Part shown: positions 1-14,947 of the stretch, piece by piece
How the letters are laid out: every line of letters starts with the position of its first letter
How positions within the stretch are numbered: the first letter of the stretch is position 1
NCBI GenBank assembly: GCA_964016885.1
Contig: OZ024743.1
Span: 168,268,001 to 168,332,000, forward strand
Reading direction: 5' to 3'
Origin: Eledone cirrhosa
Lineage: Eukaryota
Length of the DNA stretch: 64,000 nucleotides
Made by a program: the position numbers and the translations under genes
The notes under the pieces: generated by a model
Databases searched by the model: none
The model's input: the letters and a program-made list of their open reading frames with translations, nothing else
What the model was told of the DNA's origin: nothing

Positions 1-1667
1 AGCGAAAGCTGTCAGCTGGGCCCGAGTGGCGCAGGCAAAAAGTGGCAACAAGTCCACGATTCGGTCTTTGAAAGACCAAAACGGACGCGTGCTACTTGAC
101 GCTGAGATACGGGACGCTCTGGGCCACTGCGGGAAACGCAAGTCACCAGGTCTAGATGGTCTACCCTATGAGTTTTACCTAGGCATGCCAGACTTGTTCT
201 CTGGCGTCCTCGAAGCCGTCTACTGCAATTGGCAGCAGAACGGGAGAATTCCCAGTTCTGCAGGCAAAGGCGTAGTAACGCTGATAAGGAAAGACGAGAA
301 CAAGGGGGACGAAATTAACAACTTCAGGCCCATAACTCTGCTCAACACAGAATTAAAGATTTTGGCCAAGGTGCTAGCGACGAGGTTGGCGCTTGTCGTC
401 GAGAACCTGGTAGGTAAAGCGCAAACGTGTGCAATCTCGACCAGGTCCATACACGACAACCTCCACCTCATGCGATACATCATAGAGAGGCTGGGTAGTA
501 AACCCAGCTTCGGTGGGGCTCTGATCAATTTGGATCAGTCTAATTTTGAAGCGGTTCTCAAGGCGGCCGGTTTCGGTCCCGTTTTCAGAGGCTGGATCGA
601 GGCGATGCACACCAGCATCTGCTCGAGGGTCAAGGTGAACGGCTACCTATCGGAGCCGTTCGCAATCACGCGTTCCATTCGACAGGGGTGCCCTCACTCC
701 TCCATTCTGTATGTATTGACTCTAGAGCCACTACTGCGGAAATTGGAGCTGTTGCAGGGCATCCCTCTAGAATCGGGACTGCGCAAAGCGGCGTCGGCTT
801 ATGCCGACGACGTGACGGTAATGGTGTCGAGCACCTCGGAAATCGGGGTGATCGGCAACTTACTGAAAGAATACGAAACGCTGACGGGAGCAAAACTAAA
901 CCCGGACAAGCCTGTCGGTTTGCAACTCGGTACGTGGAGAGGCAAAGCGATGACGTCCGACAGCGTCGTTGGACGCTGGACGGATGGACCGGTGAAATTG
1001 CTCAGGGTCTGGTTCGGTCCAGACCTCTAGGTGTAGAAAAACTGGAACGAGGTCACGGCGAAGGTGTTTGCGCTCACCCAGAAGTGGGCAGAGTGCAAAC
1101 TGTCCTCGAAAGATCGAGCGGAGGTGGCGAACACTTTCATAGCGTCCGTCATCTACTACCGCTTGACTGTCGTGCCTTGTCCCCGTGAACACCTCGCCAA
1201 GATGGAACGCATGCTCTTCCAGTTTCTGTGGAAGAAGCAGGCTCCGCTGGCGAGGAGATTCATCTGCTGCCAGAACCCTTCCAACAGAGGGCTGGGAATA
1301 CCGTGGCTGACGATGCGCAAACAGGGGCTGAGGCTGCAGCATCTCCAGGTATTCCTCACCGACCCCCAACCGGTGTGGGCACCGTTTGTGAGACAGGCTT
1401 TCCCACAGCTCGTCTCGTGCACGGAGCTGCAGTCCTGGGTCAAGAAAAAGACCGAAAACGATGGGCGCCTGGCACATTGAATGCGCTCAGGCGCTCACAG
1501 TCCTCTGGCAAGAGGGCGCAGCAATCAGTGGAGACTCCAGTTCGACATTCTATAGAGGGATTGTAAGTTACAAGGGCGACGACGTGCTCGGAGAGACTCT
1601 GGGCGTCGAAGACGATGAGCTCACCAGTCTGTTTGGTAGGATTTTTCGCCCGTGACCTATTGACACC
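1..1667 (+). mobile_element. Degenerate L1/Tx1-clade non-LTR retrotransposon, RT region (cut by window start, 3' part lost)
   Basis: ORF 26-1030 has KSPGLDGLP, NFRPITLLNTELKILAK, RQGCP and AYADD. An in-frame stop at 1028-1030 and a later frameshift are present. Homologous to the copies at 7.7, 28.9 and 35.6 kb. Confidence 0.93.
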
Positions 1668-1940
1668 TTCAGGTTCATAATGTGTGGTGACAGTCAAGTT
1701 TGCAATTTTGAAATGTTGAAAATTGCAAACTTGACTGACACCACACATTATGAACCTGAAGATTGCGAAAGCATAAAAGTACTTGTTCAATTAACACTTA
1801 ACATTTAATATTCCACCATACTATTTCATTCTAATACCATTATAAATGTTAAAGGATTGTAAATAAAACGAGTAAATCAGACAAATTTGGAATTCCTTTT
1901 ATTTATATAATCTTCTATACACACTCATACACACCCGTGT
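1668..1940. mobile_element. Palindromic Penelope-pLTR-like element, partial copy with mutated hammerhead
   Basis: Near-identical to 22727-23154. Local hairpin at about 1668-1761. Hammerhead-like motif at 1751-1789 has GAAA changed to AAAA. Confidence 0.75.
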
Positions 1941-1941
1941 A

Positions 1942-2023
<82 letters not shown>

Positions 2024-2024
2024 A

Positions 2025-2068
<44 letters not shown>

Positions 2069-2140
2069 ATATATTATTATGGTTGATATATATATATAAA
2101 TGAAAAGTATAGAAATTATTATGAGCAAGAAGCACATATG

Positions 2141-2217
<77 letters not shown>

Positions 2218-2230
2218 GTATATATATTTT
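1941..2230. repeat. (ATCT)n and (TA)n microsatellites
   Basis: Directly visible tandem repeats. Confidence 0.97.
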
Positions 2231-3005
2231 TATATCTGTATATCTGTTTGACCCGAAATAGGCGATCGAATTTTCGCTGTGTGGATGATTAGTTTAACCA
2301 CCATCTCAGTGTGTTTGGCCTTTAACGTAAGTTGTAAGCTCTAATTCATATGAATTATCGAGCGCTTGCCACACAACTCGGAAGTGATTCTCGTTAATTC
2401 CTGAGCTGCAATTCGATTTTTGTTAATTTTTACTTATATATATATATATATATATATTTCAACCATAATAATATCCCGCATGCATTTGAACATTTATATA
2501 TAATTCCGGTGATAACTTTAAAATTTACATACACAAACATATACATACAATGCATTTCCTACATTAGTCGTGTTACTATGAGAAGTTCGCTTTCCAATCA
2601 CAAGTTCCTGGATTCTAACCGTATATTTATCCTTATGAATATTTATTTCATACATGCTGACCGTTTATGCAATTGTATCTAGGAAATAAATGATTAAAAT
2701 ATAATTTTATGTTTAATCACTCCCATATGTCTGTAATCAACATAAACTATAGGGTTTCTCTTATAAAAAAAATTATCAGATCAAAAACTTCTCAGCCTAT
2801 AGGATTCAAATATCCAGAAATCTTTGTATTAATATATATTGCAGAGCAATCGTGGACTTCAAGAAACAATATTGTCGCCATATTGACATATGTTACTTGT
2901 ATTATCTTCGAGATTAAACAACAGACACTCATATTGCCAGGAGTCCAGCACTAGAGTATTCGAAGAACTACACTGTGTTGATACTCGTCCTGAAATAAAA
3001 TATAA

Positions 3006-3829
<824 letters not shown>

Positions 3830-3873
3830 TAAAATATAAATGTATGTTGGCGTGTAATAGATATGTGTATTAT

Positions 3874-4060
3874 AATTGTCTCTACGTTAGGCACAAGGCC
3901 AGCAATTACTCAGTGCATTACTGCTACTTTATTTTATCGACCCCGTAAGGATGAAAGGCAAAGTCAACCTCGGCTGGATTTGAACTCAGATCGTAAAGGG
4001 ATGTAACTATGCTAGAAAGCATGGCGTCCGACCCTCTACTGATACTGCCAATCCACACTG
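3874..4060 (-). mobile_element. tRNA-derived SINE, family A
   Basis: On the minus strand: A-box-like tggcagtatc, B-box gagttcaaatcc, core gcctttcatccttacggggtcgataaaataaagta. Many copies in the window. Confidence 0.9.
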
Positions 4061-4151
4061 CGATTTACATCTCACATTTTTGTTTAGATACAATAGCATA
4101 GGTGTGCATTTGCTGCTGCTGCTGCTGATACACACACATATGTGCGTGCGC

Positions 4152-4190
<39 letters not shown>

Positions 4191-4419
4191 ATCCCCCGCA
4201 TTACCACCATCACCACTACCCACAACGCCATTGTCAAGACAAAACATAAACACCATCATCATACTATGTTTACCTTTCATCCTTCTGGAGTGTAAAAATA
4301 AACTACCACTTAAGTATTGGGATTGATTTAAGCAACTTTGCCCTTACCACAAATGTGCTGGTCTTGTACCTAAATTATAAATCAATATATACATATAATT
4401 ATATTATAAACATATAAGA

Positions 4420-4700
4420 AGGTGCTTGGCTTAGGGTTTAGAGTGTTCGGTTCACAATTCCAACGTCAGGAGATCGTTTTGTATCCTTGATTAAATACTT
4501 TATTTACATTGCTCCAGGCCACATAGCTGGCAAAAAATTTTAAATCTAGTCTCATCACACATTATTATGATAAATTTGTCCGAGAATTACGTTAAGCGTA
4601 CACACGTCTGTGGATTGCTCTACCATTTGCACGTTAAATTGTTAACTGCACGAACACGCTATCCCGTTGGTCGAAATACTGGAACGGACACTTGTTGTCG
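4420..4700 (+). mobile_element. Old tRNA-derived SINE, family B (degenerate)
   Basis: tRNA-like head, then the block gagaattacgttaagcgtacacacgtctgtgg shared with 54950-55130 and, reversed, with 6420-6750. Confidence 0.6.
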
Positions 4701-4859
4701 GAATCAACAGTGGTCGAACAATATGTTTATAATTTGCACAAAACAAAAGAAAATTCAATAAAACTTCATAGAGTAATGTATTGTTTTGTGATAGTCCCGT
4801 AACAACTGAATGACTCGCAGGGGCCTTTCTTGGGCATTTTAAAGATGACGGATTTCTTC

Positions 4860-5032
4860 CAGAGAAGGATAGAAAGTGAGAGAGAGGAAATGACTCCAGT
4901 ATTAGAAGTGGTACTTCTTATTAACAACATCGAATGGATGAAAGGCAAAATTGACCGTGGGAGTTGAACTCGGAGAGAAGAGAGCCCGAACGAATACCGC
5001 TAACGTTGTAATGACTGTCAATTCGCCGCCAA
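4860..5032 (-). mobile_element. Degenerate SINE related to family A
   Basis: ggatgaaaggcaaaattgacc...ttgaactc matches the family A core in reverse. Confidence 0.65.
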
Positions 5033-5302
5033 CTGAAATGTATTAAGTAGATACAATATATTGGTTGATTTACAACACAGCAAGAATGAGTTTTAACGAA
5101 TAAACAATTTAACCTAATAACAAATGTTTTGAAGATCCAGAATGGAGAAAGCAGGCTTTGCTAAAATCAATTTTCTATACATGTTATAAAAATCCTTTAC
5201 ATATATATATATACAAGGTGCACTTTACAAACTCCTCTCGTATAATTTTCCTTATATTATGATCTGTATAGAACGCTTTCTCACGTCCACACTTTTTTTC
5301 AC

Positions 5303-5401
<99 letters not shown>

Positions 5402-6419
5402 CTATATGTATACAACTCTTATCGTATCTTTTGGGCGTATGTGTGTGTATGTTTGTGAGCGTATGTTTGTGTGTACGTGTGTATGAAAACCTCTATAAGT
5501 GAATAATCTTTTTGGTTAATGTATTGTAATCTGAGAGGTTAACTTCTATCTGTATTTACTCGAGTTCATAACAATATCTCTATCAAAATCTTGTTTCTTA
5601 AAAAAGTAAAACTAAACAAAATGAATTCGTTCGTTGCGAATATTTACTATATGATTTTGACAAAAGAATAACCTTTTTACGAGTTTTTAAATTATGTATA
5701 TGGGTTAAAGAATATATAATTTTAAGATAGATCAAACATTTTAAGGGTTATCGGCGAAACTACACTAAAAGCATGTTACAGCTCAAGTGAAATCAGTGTA
5801 TGGCAGAGTTGTGGTTTTCGTTCAGGTTCCCAGACATGCCTGAATTCAAATCCCACCGAAGTCAATTTTGTTTTGTCATCTTTTCGAGGTCTGTAAAAGA
5901 AGTACCAATTGTGGGGTTCTTCCTCTGTATCTCTTTCTCAATTCCTTTCTCTCCTTTTCTGGAAGAAATTCACTGCATTTAGACCTGGAGAAAGATGGAC
6001 TCCACCAGGCATGAAGTGCCCAGGAAACGCTGTATGTGACTACGGCGCTTCAACGACTTCATCACGTCCATGAATATATAACTCAAGTTACTTAGGCAGC
6101 GATCAAAGTAATTTGACTGCTAATCTGCTAGGCAAGGGACCAACGGAGTGTGTGTGTGTGTGTGCTATCAAGTAAAACGTATATTTTATTCTCTAATTCA
6201 ATTGAAAAGAAATATGGTGAGAAGGTACATTTTGCCATTGGCAAGTATCATATGTTATTGAAAAGTATTTTCGTCAGTTTATATATTAAATTCAAACCAC
6301 TCATTTAAACTAGAAAACACAAGAGAAGGCAAAGGGAAGTAGGTCCAATGTATTTTTCTCAGGAAATAAATTCCTTGTTGTATACGTCAAGCAATCGACT
6401 GTGGAATGGACATCTGTTG

Positions 6420-6750
6420 ATGAGTTATTCGATCAACGGAACCACCTGCATATGAAATTAACGCACAAGTAGCTGAACATTCCATTGATACATATACACC
6501 CAGCGTAATACTCAGGGAGACTCATTATGACACAAGGTTTGACAACGCTGTCTTTTTCAATTACGGGTACAACCCATCCGATGGACTACCAAACGGTTTA
6601 CGTTTTCCCAGCTGCCCTCACATGGCATAGAATGACCCGAGGCTATGGTAAACGATACTTGCCTAAGACGGCACGATATGGGGTCGGATCGGAGACCAAA
6701 TGATCGCGAAGTAAGCTTCATAAAAATTCTGCCATGCTACGGTCACAATC
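6420..6750 (-). mobile_element. Old SINE, family B (degenerate)
   Basis: Reverse-complement similarity to 4420-4700 and 54788-55130. Confidence 0.55.
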
Positions 6751-7033
6751 GACTATATTTGTTAAACCAGAGTGAAGTAAATTCAGGGTCGAATCTCGTT
6801 GCAGACAATCTGTTTATACCTTGTATCCACGTTTCTATGGACATTTTCACATAAATATTAGTATACCTGCGTATAAATGTTAGTGTATATTTGTGTTGTT
6901 TGTATATGTCTGTGCATCGGCGAAATATATACATTTATTTAAGTATGAAACTATACGAACGCGCACACACAGACACACACAGACAGACAGACAGACACAC
7001 ACACACACACACACATGCACACACACAAATATG

Positions 7034-7065
<32 letters not shown>

Positions 7066-7309
7066 CACACAAATATGTATATATATATATATATATATAT
7101 ATGCATATATATCATAATAATTAAACTTAAAACACATAAATCACGCAATACCACTTTGCGCTGATTTGTCCAACTTTCCCGTATAGTGTTGACAAGATGG
7201 TCAGAACATCTATCTATCTACCTACCTACCTTCTTATTTTTCTATCTATATAATTGTTTACATTGCTACCTATCTGTCAATATTTATTTGTCTGATTATG
7301 TGTGATTGA

Positions 7310-7351
<42 letters not shown>

Positions 7352-7353
<2 letters not shown>

Positions 7354-7462
7354 ATTTTTATATATTGTTATTGCCTCCTCCTTATTGAGGACGCCTTGTT
7401 TTGTAAACTCCCCCCATTGTACTTGTCCCACTTTTGATGCCCTGGTGGCAAATAAAAGAAAC
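7352..7462 (+). mobile_element. Solo 3' UTR end of Tx1-like LINE inside (TCTA)n
   Basis: Matches the reverse complement of 35601-35710 (cctcctccttattgagg...ttgtacttgtcccact...ccctggtggcaaataaa). (TATC)n on both sides. Confidence 0.85.
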
Positions 7463-7466
7463 ATAC

Positions 7467-7541
<75 letters not shown>

Positions 7542-7749
7542 CGTAACTCTATACCTATTTACCCACATACCTGTCTATCTAGCTTTCTATCTACCAATCT
7601 ATAAACATTTATCTATGAATCTATGAATCTATATTTACATCTATTTTAGACGAGAAAAACGAAAATAACAACAAAATACGAATATTAATAGCAGTCATAA
7701 GATAGATAGATAGAGAGAGATAGGGAGGGGGAGAAAGAGAGAGAGAGAT

Positions 7750-9983
7750 GTTTCTTTATTTGCCACAAGGGTGGACAAGGAATGGGACATTATAGGACGT
7801 ATGGCGGTGGTTTTATATTTAAGCGTGTAAACAGTTTTAACAATTATAAAATAAATAAAGAACAATCGAAATCCCCAATGACGGGAGCGATACAACTGGA
7901 TTGTTTTACACCCCGTAGATAGAACAAGCCTCAACTCCATGATCATGTTTTGCAAGTGCTCCTGTCTTCTCTCTTTTGTCTTCCTGAACCCACAGTTTTA
8001 TATACAGAGAAGGCCCATTCACTCGGGCCGTTTTCGCCACATTCACCCACCTTTCAGCGAATTTACTGGGGTGCAGCACCTCTCTCTCCACTCTCACCTT
8101 CCTTCTGAAGTGGTATTTAAAGAAGGGAATGAGTTGTTGTCGGGAGAGGAACGTCTTTGTCCTCAGTCATTTCAATCTCGTCCACCAAATTACCTCTTTC
8201 CCCAGAGCCACCAGACAGAAGAAAACCTCCTCTCCTTCGTTTTTAAATGAAGGTGGCGTGGTGATCCTCACGATGGACTCGGCTGTCAACAGGATTTGTC
8301 CCACACGTGACAGTAACTGTTCGATATATTTCCACAGGTCGGTCACCCCTGGTCACTTTAAAATTGCGTGCAGAAAGGTGTCAATGTCCCGCTTGTATCT
8401 TGGATAGGTCCTTTTGGCAGGATCCTTGCCACAGCATCCCTGCCAGAGAACTCTGAAAGTTATCCATAGGACCTGGACGGAGTGTACTCTCGAACAGACT
8501 GGTCAGTTCATCTTCTTCGACGCCCAGAGTCTCCCCGAGAACGTCGTCGCACTTATCATCCACTAAACCCCTATATAATGTTGACGCGGAGACTCCGCTG
8601 ATTGACGTTTCCACCTGGTAGAGAACTGTGAGCGCCTGAGCGGACTCAAGGTCCGAGGCGCCCATTTTCGGTCTTCGCTTCAGCCAGGACTGCGAGACGA
8701 GTTGTGGAAAAGCTTGTCTCACAAACGTCGACCACACCGGTTCGACCACACTGGAGATGGCGTAGACTCAACACGTGTTTGCGCCTTATCAGTCACAGAA
8801 TGCGCAACTGTCCATTAGAAGGGCGTTGGCAGCAGATGGATCTCCTCACTAATGGAGCCTGTTTCTTCCTAAGGAATTTGAAGAGTAGACGTTTCATTTC
8901 GGCGAGGTGATTACTGGGACAAGGCACGACCGTCAAGCGGCAGTAGATGACGGACGCTATGTAAGTGTGTGCCACTCGACCTTTTAAGGAGTGTTTGTAC
9001 TCAGCCCACTTCTCAGTTAGTGCAAATACCTTCGCCGTGACCTCTTTCCAATTTGTGTCCACCTGGAGGTCTGGACCGAACAAGACCCCGAGCAATTACA
9101 CCGGTCCTTCTGTCCAGCATCCAACGACACTGTAGGACGGCATGGGTTTGCCTCTCCAAGTGCCGCGTTACAAACCGACAGACTTGTCCGGGTTTAGTTT
9201 TGCTTCCGTCAGCGTTTCGTATTCCTGTAATAAGTTGCCGATCACCCCGATTTCCGAGGTTTTCGACAACATTACGGTTACGTTGTCGGTATAAGCCGAC
9301 GCTGCTTTTCGCAGTCCTGATTCCATCGAGATGCCCTGCAACAGCTCCAACTTCCGCAGTAGTGGCTCGAGAGTCAGTACATACAGGATGGATGGCGTGA
9401 TTTGGAATGGTTCCGATAGGTAGCGATTAACCTTGACTGTCGAGCAGATGATGTTGTGCATGGCAGCGATCCAGCATCTGAAGACGGGACCGAAACCGGC
9501 CGCTTTGAGCACCGCTTCCAAGTATTGATGGTCGACCCTATCGAATGCCTTAGATTGATCTAAATTGATCAAAGCACCACCGAGGCCAGATTTAGACCAT
9601 ACTCTCTCTATGATGTATTGCATGAGGTGGAATTTGTCGTGTATGGTCCTGGTCTGGATTGCACACGTTTGTGCTTCCTCCACAAGGTTCTCCACGACAA
9701 GCACCAACATCGTTGCTAACACCTTGGCCAACATCTTTAACACTGTGCTGAGCTGAGTTATGGCTATAAATTGCTTATGTTATTCCCTTTGTTCTCATCT
9801 TTCCTGATCAGCGCTACTACGCCTCGGCTTACAAAACTGGGCATTCTCCCGTTCTGCTGCCAGTTGCAGTAGACCGGTTTGAGGACTTCAGAGAACAAGA
9901 CTGGCATGCCTATGTAAAACTAATATGGTAGACCATCTAGAATGGGTGATTTGAGCTTCCCACAGCGATCTAGGGTGTCTTGC
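7750..9983 (-). mobile_element. 5'-truncated degenerate L1/Tx1-clade LINE
   Basis: Minus-strand ORF pieces LDQSKAFDRVDH, AYTDN and LGVLFGPDL, with a 3' UTR carrying aataaa. Flanked by (GATA)n. Confidence 0.92.
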
Positions 9984-10039
<56 letters not shown>

Positions 10040-10040
10040 C

Positions 10041-10830
10041 ATTGGGTCAGAGCAGGAGAGTTAAGGCGAAAAAGATATCAGATGCTGAATTTGCTGACGA
10101 CATAGTTCTGGTGACAAATACAGTGAAAGAGGCAGAAGAGTTGATGCAGGAGGTGGAGACTGTGTCAATGAGTGTGGGGATGAGAATGAATGAGATTAAG
10201 GCGAAGTATCTGGTAGATAATATTAAGAAGCCAGAGAAGATTCTGAATGTAGGCGGCAAGCTGCTGGTATTGGTTGAGGACTTCCTGTATCCCGGAGATT
10301 GGGAACACAGAGGATGATGTGATTGAGTGGAAGAGCAAAGTCTGGGCGGCGTGCCACACTTTGAGATCGGTGTGGAAGTCGGTCCTTCATAAATATCCGT
10401 CTCTTCGTTGCTACAGTGGAGCCTGTGCTACTGTTCGGGTTTGGAACTTGGACATTGACCAAGAAACTGACTCAGATGGTGGATGGGTTCTACACGAGAA
10501 TGCTGAGGATGGTTCTGAACATTAATCAGTATACACTGAGGATGAAGGACTCAGAGCCCTACGGGAGCCTCCCAAAAGTCAGCTCGAAACACAGAGAAGA
10601 CTAAGATTAGCTGGACTTGCTCACTGATATTCAGAGTTGGCACTGCATTCAGTGCTCCTGTGGGAGCCCCTACACGGACACACTAGAATAGGGAGACCGA
10701 GGTTCACATATGTTGATGCCCTAAGGACAGACACGGGTCTCTTGGAAACGTAGGACATGGCAGAGATGATGAGGGATAGAGACCGCTGGAGAGAACTCGT
10801 CCATGGATCTCGGAAATTTTACCCGCCCTA
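10041..10830 (+). mobile_element. 5'-truncated RTE/RTEX-like LINE 3' end with GATA-repeat tail
   Basis: EFADDIVL (YADD motif) and VEPVLLFGFGTWTLTK. The 3' end matches 18665-18846. Confidence 0.8.
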
Positions 10831-11165
10831 CATAGATAGATAAGGTTTATATTTAGGTCGCTAATTTTCTACTTTTTCGCTTTCATAACATTTTAGTTAA
10901 TTATATATGCAATTTATATATAAATTCGTCTATTTTTTAATATGTCATGGATTACTTTACTGAAGTAAGTGTAACACAGTATCTGTTCAATTTCTGTGCA
11001 TATTGTCAATTTCGATTTCATTTGACGTATCATATCTAGATGCATATATATTTGCTTATAATATCAAAATGCACACAACAGATGCTAGCAGAAAACCAAC
11101 CTTTGAGTGGTTTTACTGCTATTACTTTCTACCCGCCGAAATGCGATTCTCGGTGAATTTATACT

Positions 11166-11306
<141 letters not shown>

Positions 11307-11379
11307 GTTTTATCACCTTTTACACGTTCCTTCCTCTTATCACGCTTTACTTTCTATTCATCTACTATTTCTAACTCTA

Positions 11380-11415
11380 TCTTCTGATGAAGGATTATTG
11401 TCCGAAACGTTATGA
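11380..11415 (+). ncRNA. Minimal hammerhead ribozyme motif (Penelope-pLTR type)
   Basis: tctt CTGATGA a-gga-ttattg-tcc GAAA cg TT atga. Stem I has one mismatch. Confidence 0.6.
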
Positions 11416-11798
11416 CTCTCTTCCTGCTCTTTCAAGCGTTTAAACTAATATATTTATTCCATGATCTGTGTCGTTTGTTTTGTTATATTTGTTATTTCTA
11501 TTTACCTTTTATACCCCCCCCCCCCCCACACACAAGCATATATATATACATATATGAAGAAATATATCGAAATATCGAAAGAGAGAGAGAGACACACACA
11601 CGCATGCACACATACGTATATATTACAAGCTCTCGACTGTCAAAGGAAGCAATTTCCTCCATAAGTTTCCGTCTGCATCCACTTCCGATACGGCGACATT
11701 TCCCAATAATTTTGTGATTGACCATAACCAATCATGCTATCAACGGACATGGGTTAGTTGGCACTCTGCCGTCGGCAGAGTGCCAATTTGTGCATATG

Positions 11799-11883
<85 letters not shown>

Positions 11884-11962
11884 TGCTGTTGCCATTAGTA
11901 GAAAAATACATACATAGATACATGCATACACACGGTCCCCCCACCCCATATATATATATATA

Positions 11963-12022
<60 letters not shown>

Positions 12023-12377
12023 CCTTTGCACGCAAAACATTGACAGTGAGGTATTCACGAACTTGACAAGTTGAAACTTGTTGCAGTGAGTGTTAATTGG
12101 GTTGATAACCAGGCTACTTGAATCAGATGGATGAGAGAAATAAACGGAGATTGACAGCTAGGACAAGTCTTTCTCTGTGTATATGCATACGTACCAGTAT
12201 ATATATGTTACATATATTTATTTATATGTATATATATATGTGTATCCCGAGTTCAACCGGGGGTAACCACAGTAAGTAAGTTACTCAATACATAGTAGAG
12301 TATATACAATATTTAATATAGAAATGTCTTCTACCGAACTAGAACTGTTTCATTCGAAGGAAATTACCAGGAAAGCA

Positions 12378-13145
<768 letters not shown>

Positions 13146-13340
13146 ATTATAAGAATAAATAAAAATCAATGAACAAACATATATCTACTGAATTAGGCAG
13201 TCACATACAATAAAAATATAAAAATAAAAAATAAGAATTAAGGAAATAAAAATTATTATTGAGTTGACAGAAGAGGAGAAAGGCACAAATAAAAAAATAA
13301 ATAAACAAACACACGTGGTAAGCAAATGCACAAGATAAAT

Positions 13341-13376
<36 letters not shown>

Positions 13377-13612
13377 CACACATAAAATATACAGTACACA
13401 CATATACATAGAAAAGTGTATACATACAAATGAAATAATTATCTTATTTTGTTTATTACATAATAAGCTCTGTAACCTACATAGAGCACTCTTTTTTCGT
13501 GGACCTTTCCGACGGAATTACCACATTTATATATATATATATAATATGGTAAAATGACAGGAGGCTGGGCAGGTTTACTTCTACCCAGTGGTGAACCACC
13601 AAATTTAAGCGT

Positions 13613-13670
<58 letters not shown>

Positions 13671-13674
<4 letters not shown>

Positions 13675-14721
13675 ATAATATTAATAAATGGAAACTATCT
13701 TTATAAAACCATATTTATTTTATTATATACTAGCAGCTGTACCCAGCGTTGCCTGGGTAGGTAAAATAATATCTGCTTTGATGAAAAGGTGTTGATCTTA
13801 GTGACCGCAAGTTTCTTGAAAATCAGTCGTAAAGTGTCGCAGATGGCGAAATGTTGAGGGAAATCGTATGGAATATGTGGGAGTGGAAAAAATCGTATTT
13901 TGAAGAGTTAAACGGCTGCCACGCCGTCCCTGAGCAAAAAATACAAAGTGTAAAGCTACTATAAGATGTGCAATGATAGGTTCTATCGTAGTATAAAAGT
14001 TGTACCAAATAAATTGATTTATGTGTGAGGTGGAGCCATAGTTTCGAATTTGAACGAAATCGGTTGAAAAATGTGGGAGTTAGAGCAGAAAAGGCGGAAA
14101 TTTGAGCGAAAAGGTGGTATTTTCGAATATTTAAGCGGCTACCACGTCGTTCCTGAACAAAAAGGCTTTAAGACGTGAAATAATCAGATCTAGCGTAGTG
14201 TAAAATTTGAACAAAGTAGGTTGATTAATTGTGGGAGCTAGAGCCGAAAAAGTGGAAATTTGAGTCTAAAAGTGGTACTTTTGAATATTTAAGCGGCTGT
14301 CACGCCGTCCCTGAACAACAAAAAAATATAAAGTCATTACAGGATGTGCAATGATTAATTCTATTTTTCTTTAAAATTTGAACGAAATCGGGGGCTAAAT
14401 CTGGGGGCTAGATCCAAAAATCTTATTTTTCGATACCTAAAAAAAAGTGACACACCCTATCGATTTTTATCTGCAGAATGACCCCGGAATAAAAAAAGCG
14501 ATACGATATATAGAAAACACTCCCCGATGACTAATCATGAAAATCGGTCGTAAGATATAGGCCCCTATAGGTAATACACAGACACACAGACACACACACA
14601 CACATACTTAATTTTATATATATACAGATATTTCAAGGGTACCAAAATACTGGTACCCTTGAAATATATATAATAAACTAAATATGGTTTTATAAAGATA
14701 GTTTCCATTTATTAATATTAT

Positions 14722-14725
<4 letters not shown>
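13671..14725. repeat. Fold-back palindrome centred on hammerhead stem II, split by a Helitron
   Basis: 13671-13729 plus 14629-14644 is the reverse complement of 14651-14725. The centre is aagggtacca-aaatac-tggtaccctt, followed by GAAA. Confidence 0.85.
13730..14628 (-). mobile_element. Non-autonomous Helitron
   Basis: Minus strand reads A|TC...CTAG|T with hairpin acccaggcaacgctgggt before CTAG. Removing it restores the host palindrome with no TSD. Internal degenerate tandem repeats of about 170 bp. Confidence 0.88.
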
Positions 14726-14760
<35 letters not shown>

Positions 14761-14885
14761 GAGGTTATATTTAATTTGTTGGGATTCAACAAGCTTAACG
14801 TTTTTTAGATTATCCAGGAAGCTCCAACTATTAAGGTTGTCTTTTTTCCGGGTATGTCAATATTTATTTATAAAACAAATCTGTA

Positions 14886-14947
14886 TTTTATCTGATGAAA
14901 GCGCACCATAATTTGCCTTGGTTGCCCTTGAAATATATATAATAAAA
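14886..14947 (+). ncRNA. Minimal hammerhead ribozyme motif
   Basis: ttttat CTGATGA aagcgcacca..tggttgccctt GAAA tatata TA ataaaa. Perfect 6-bp stem I and palindromic stem III loop. Confidence 0.8.
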
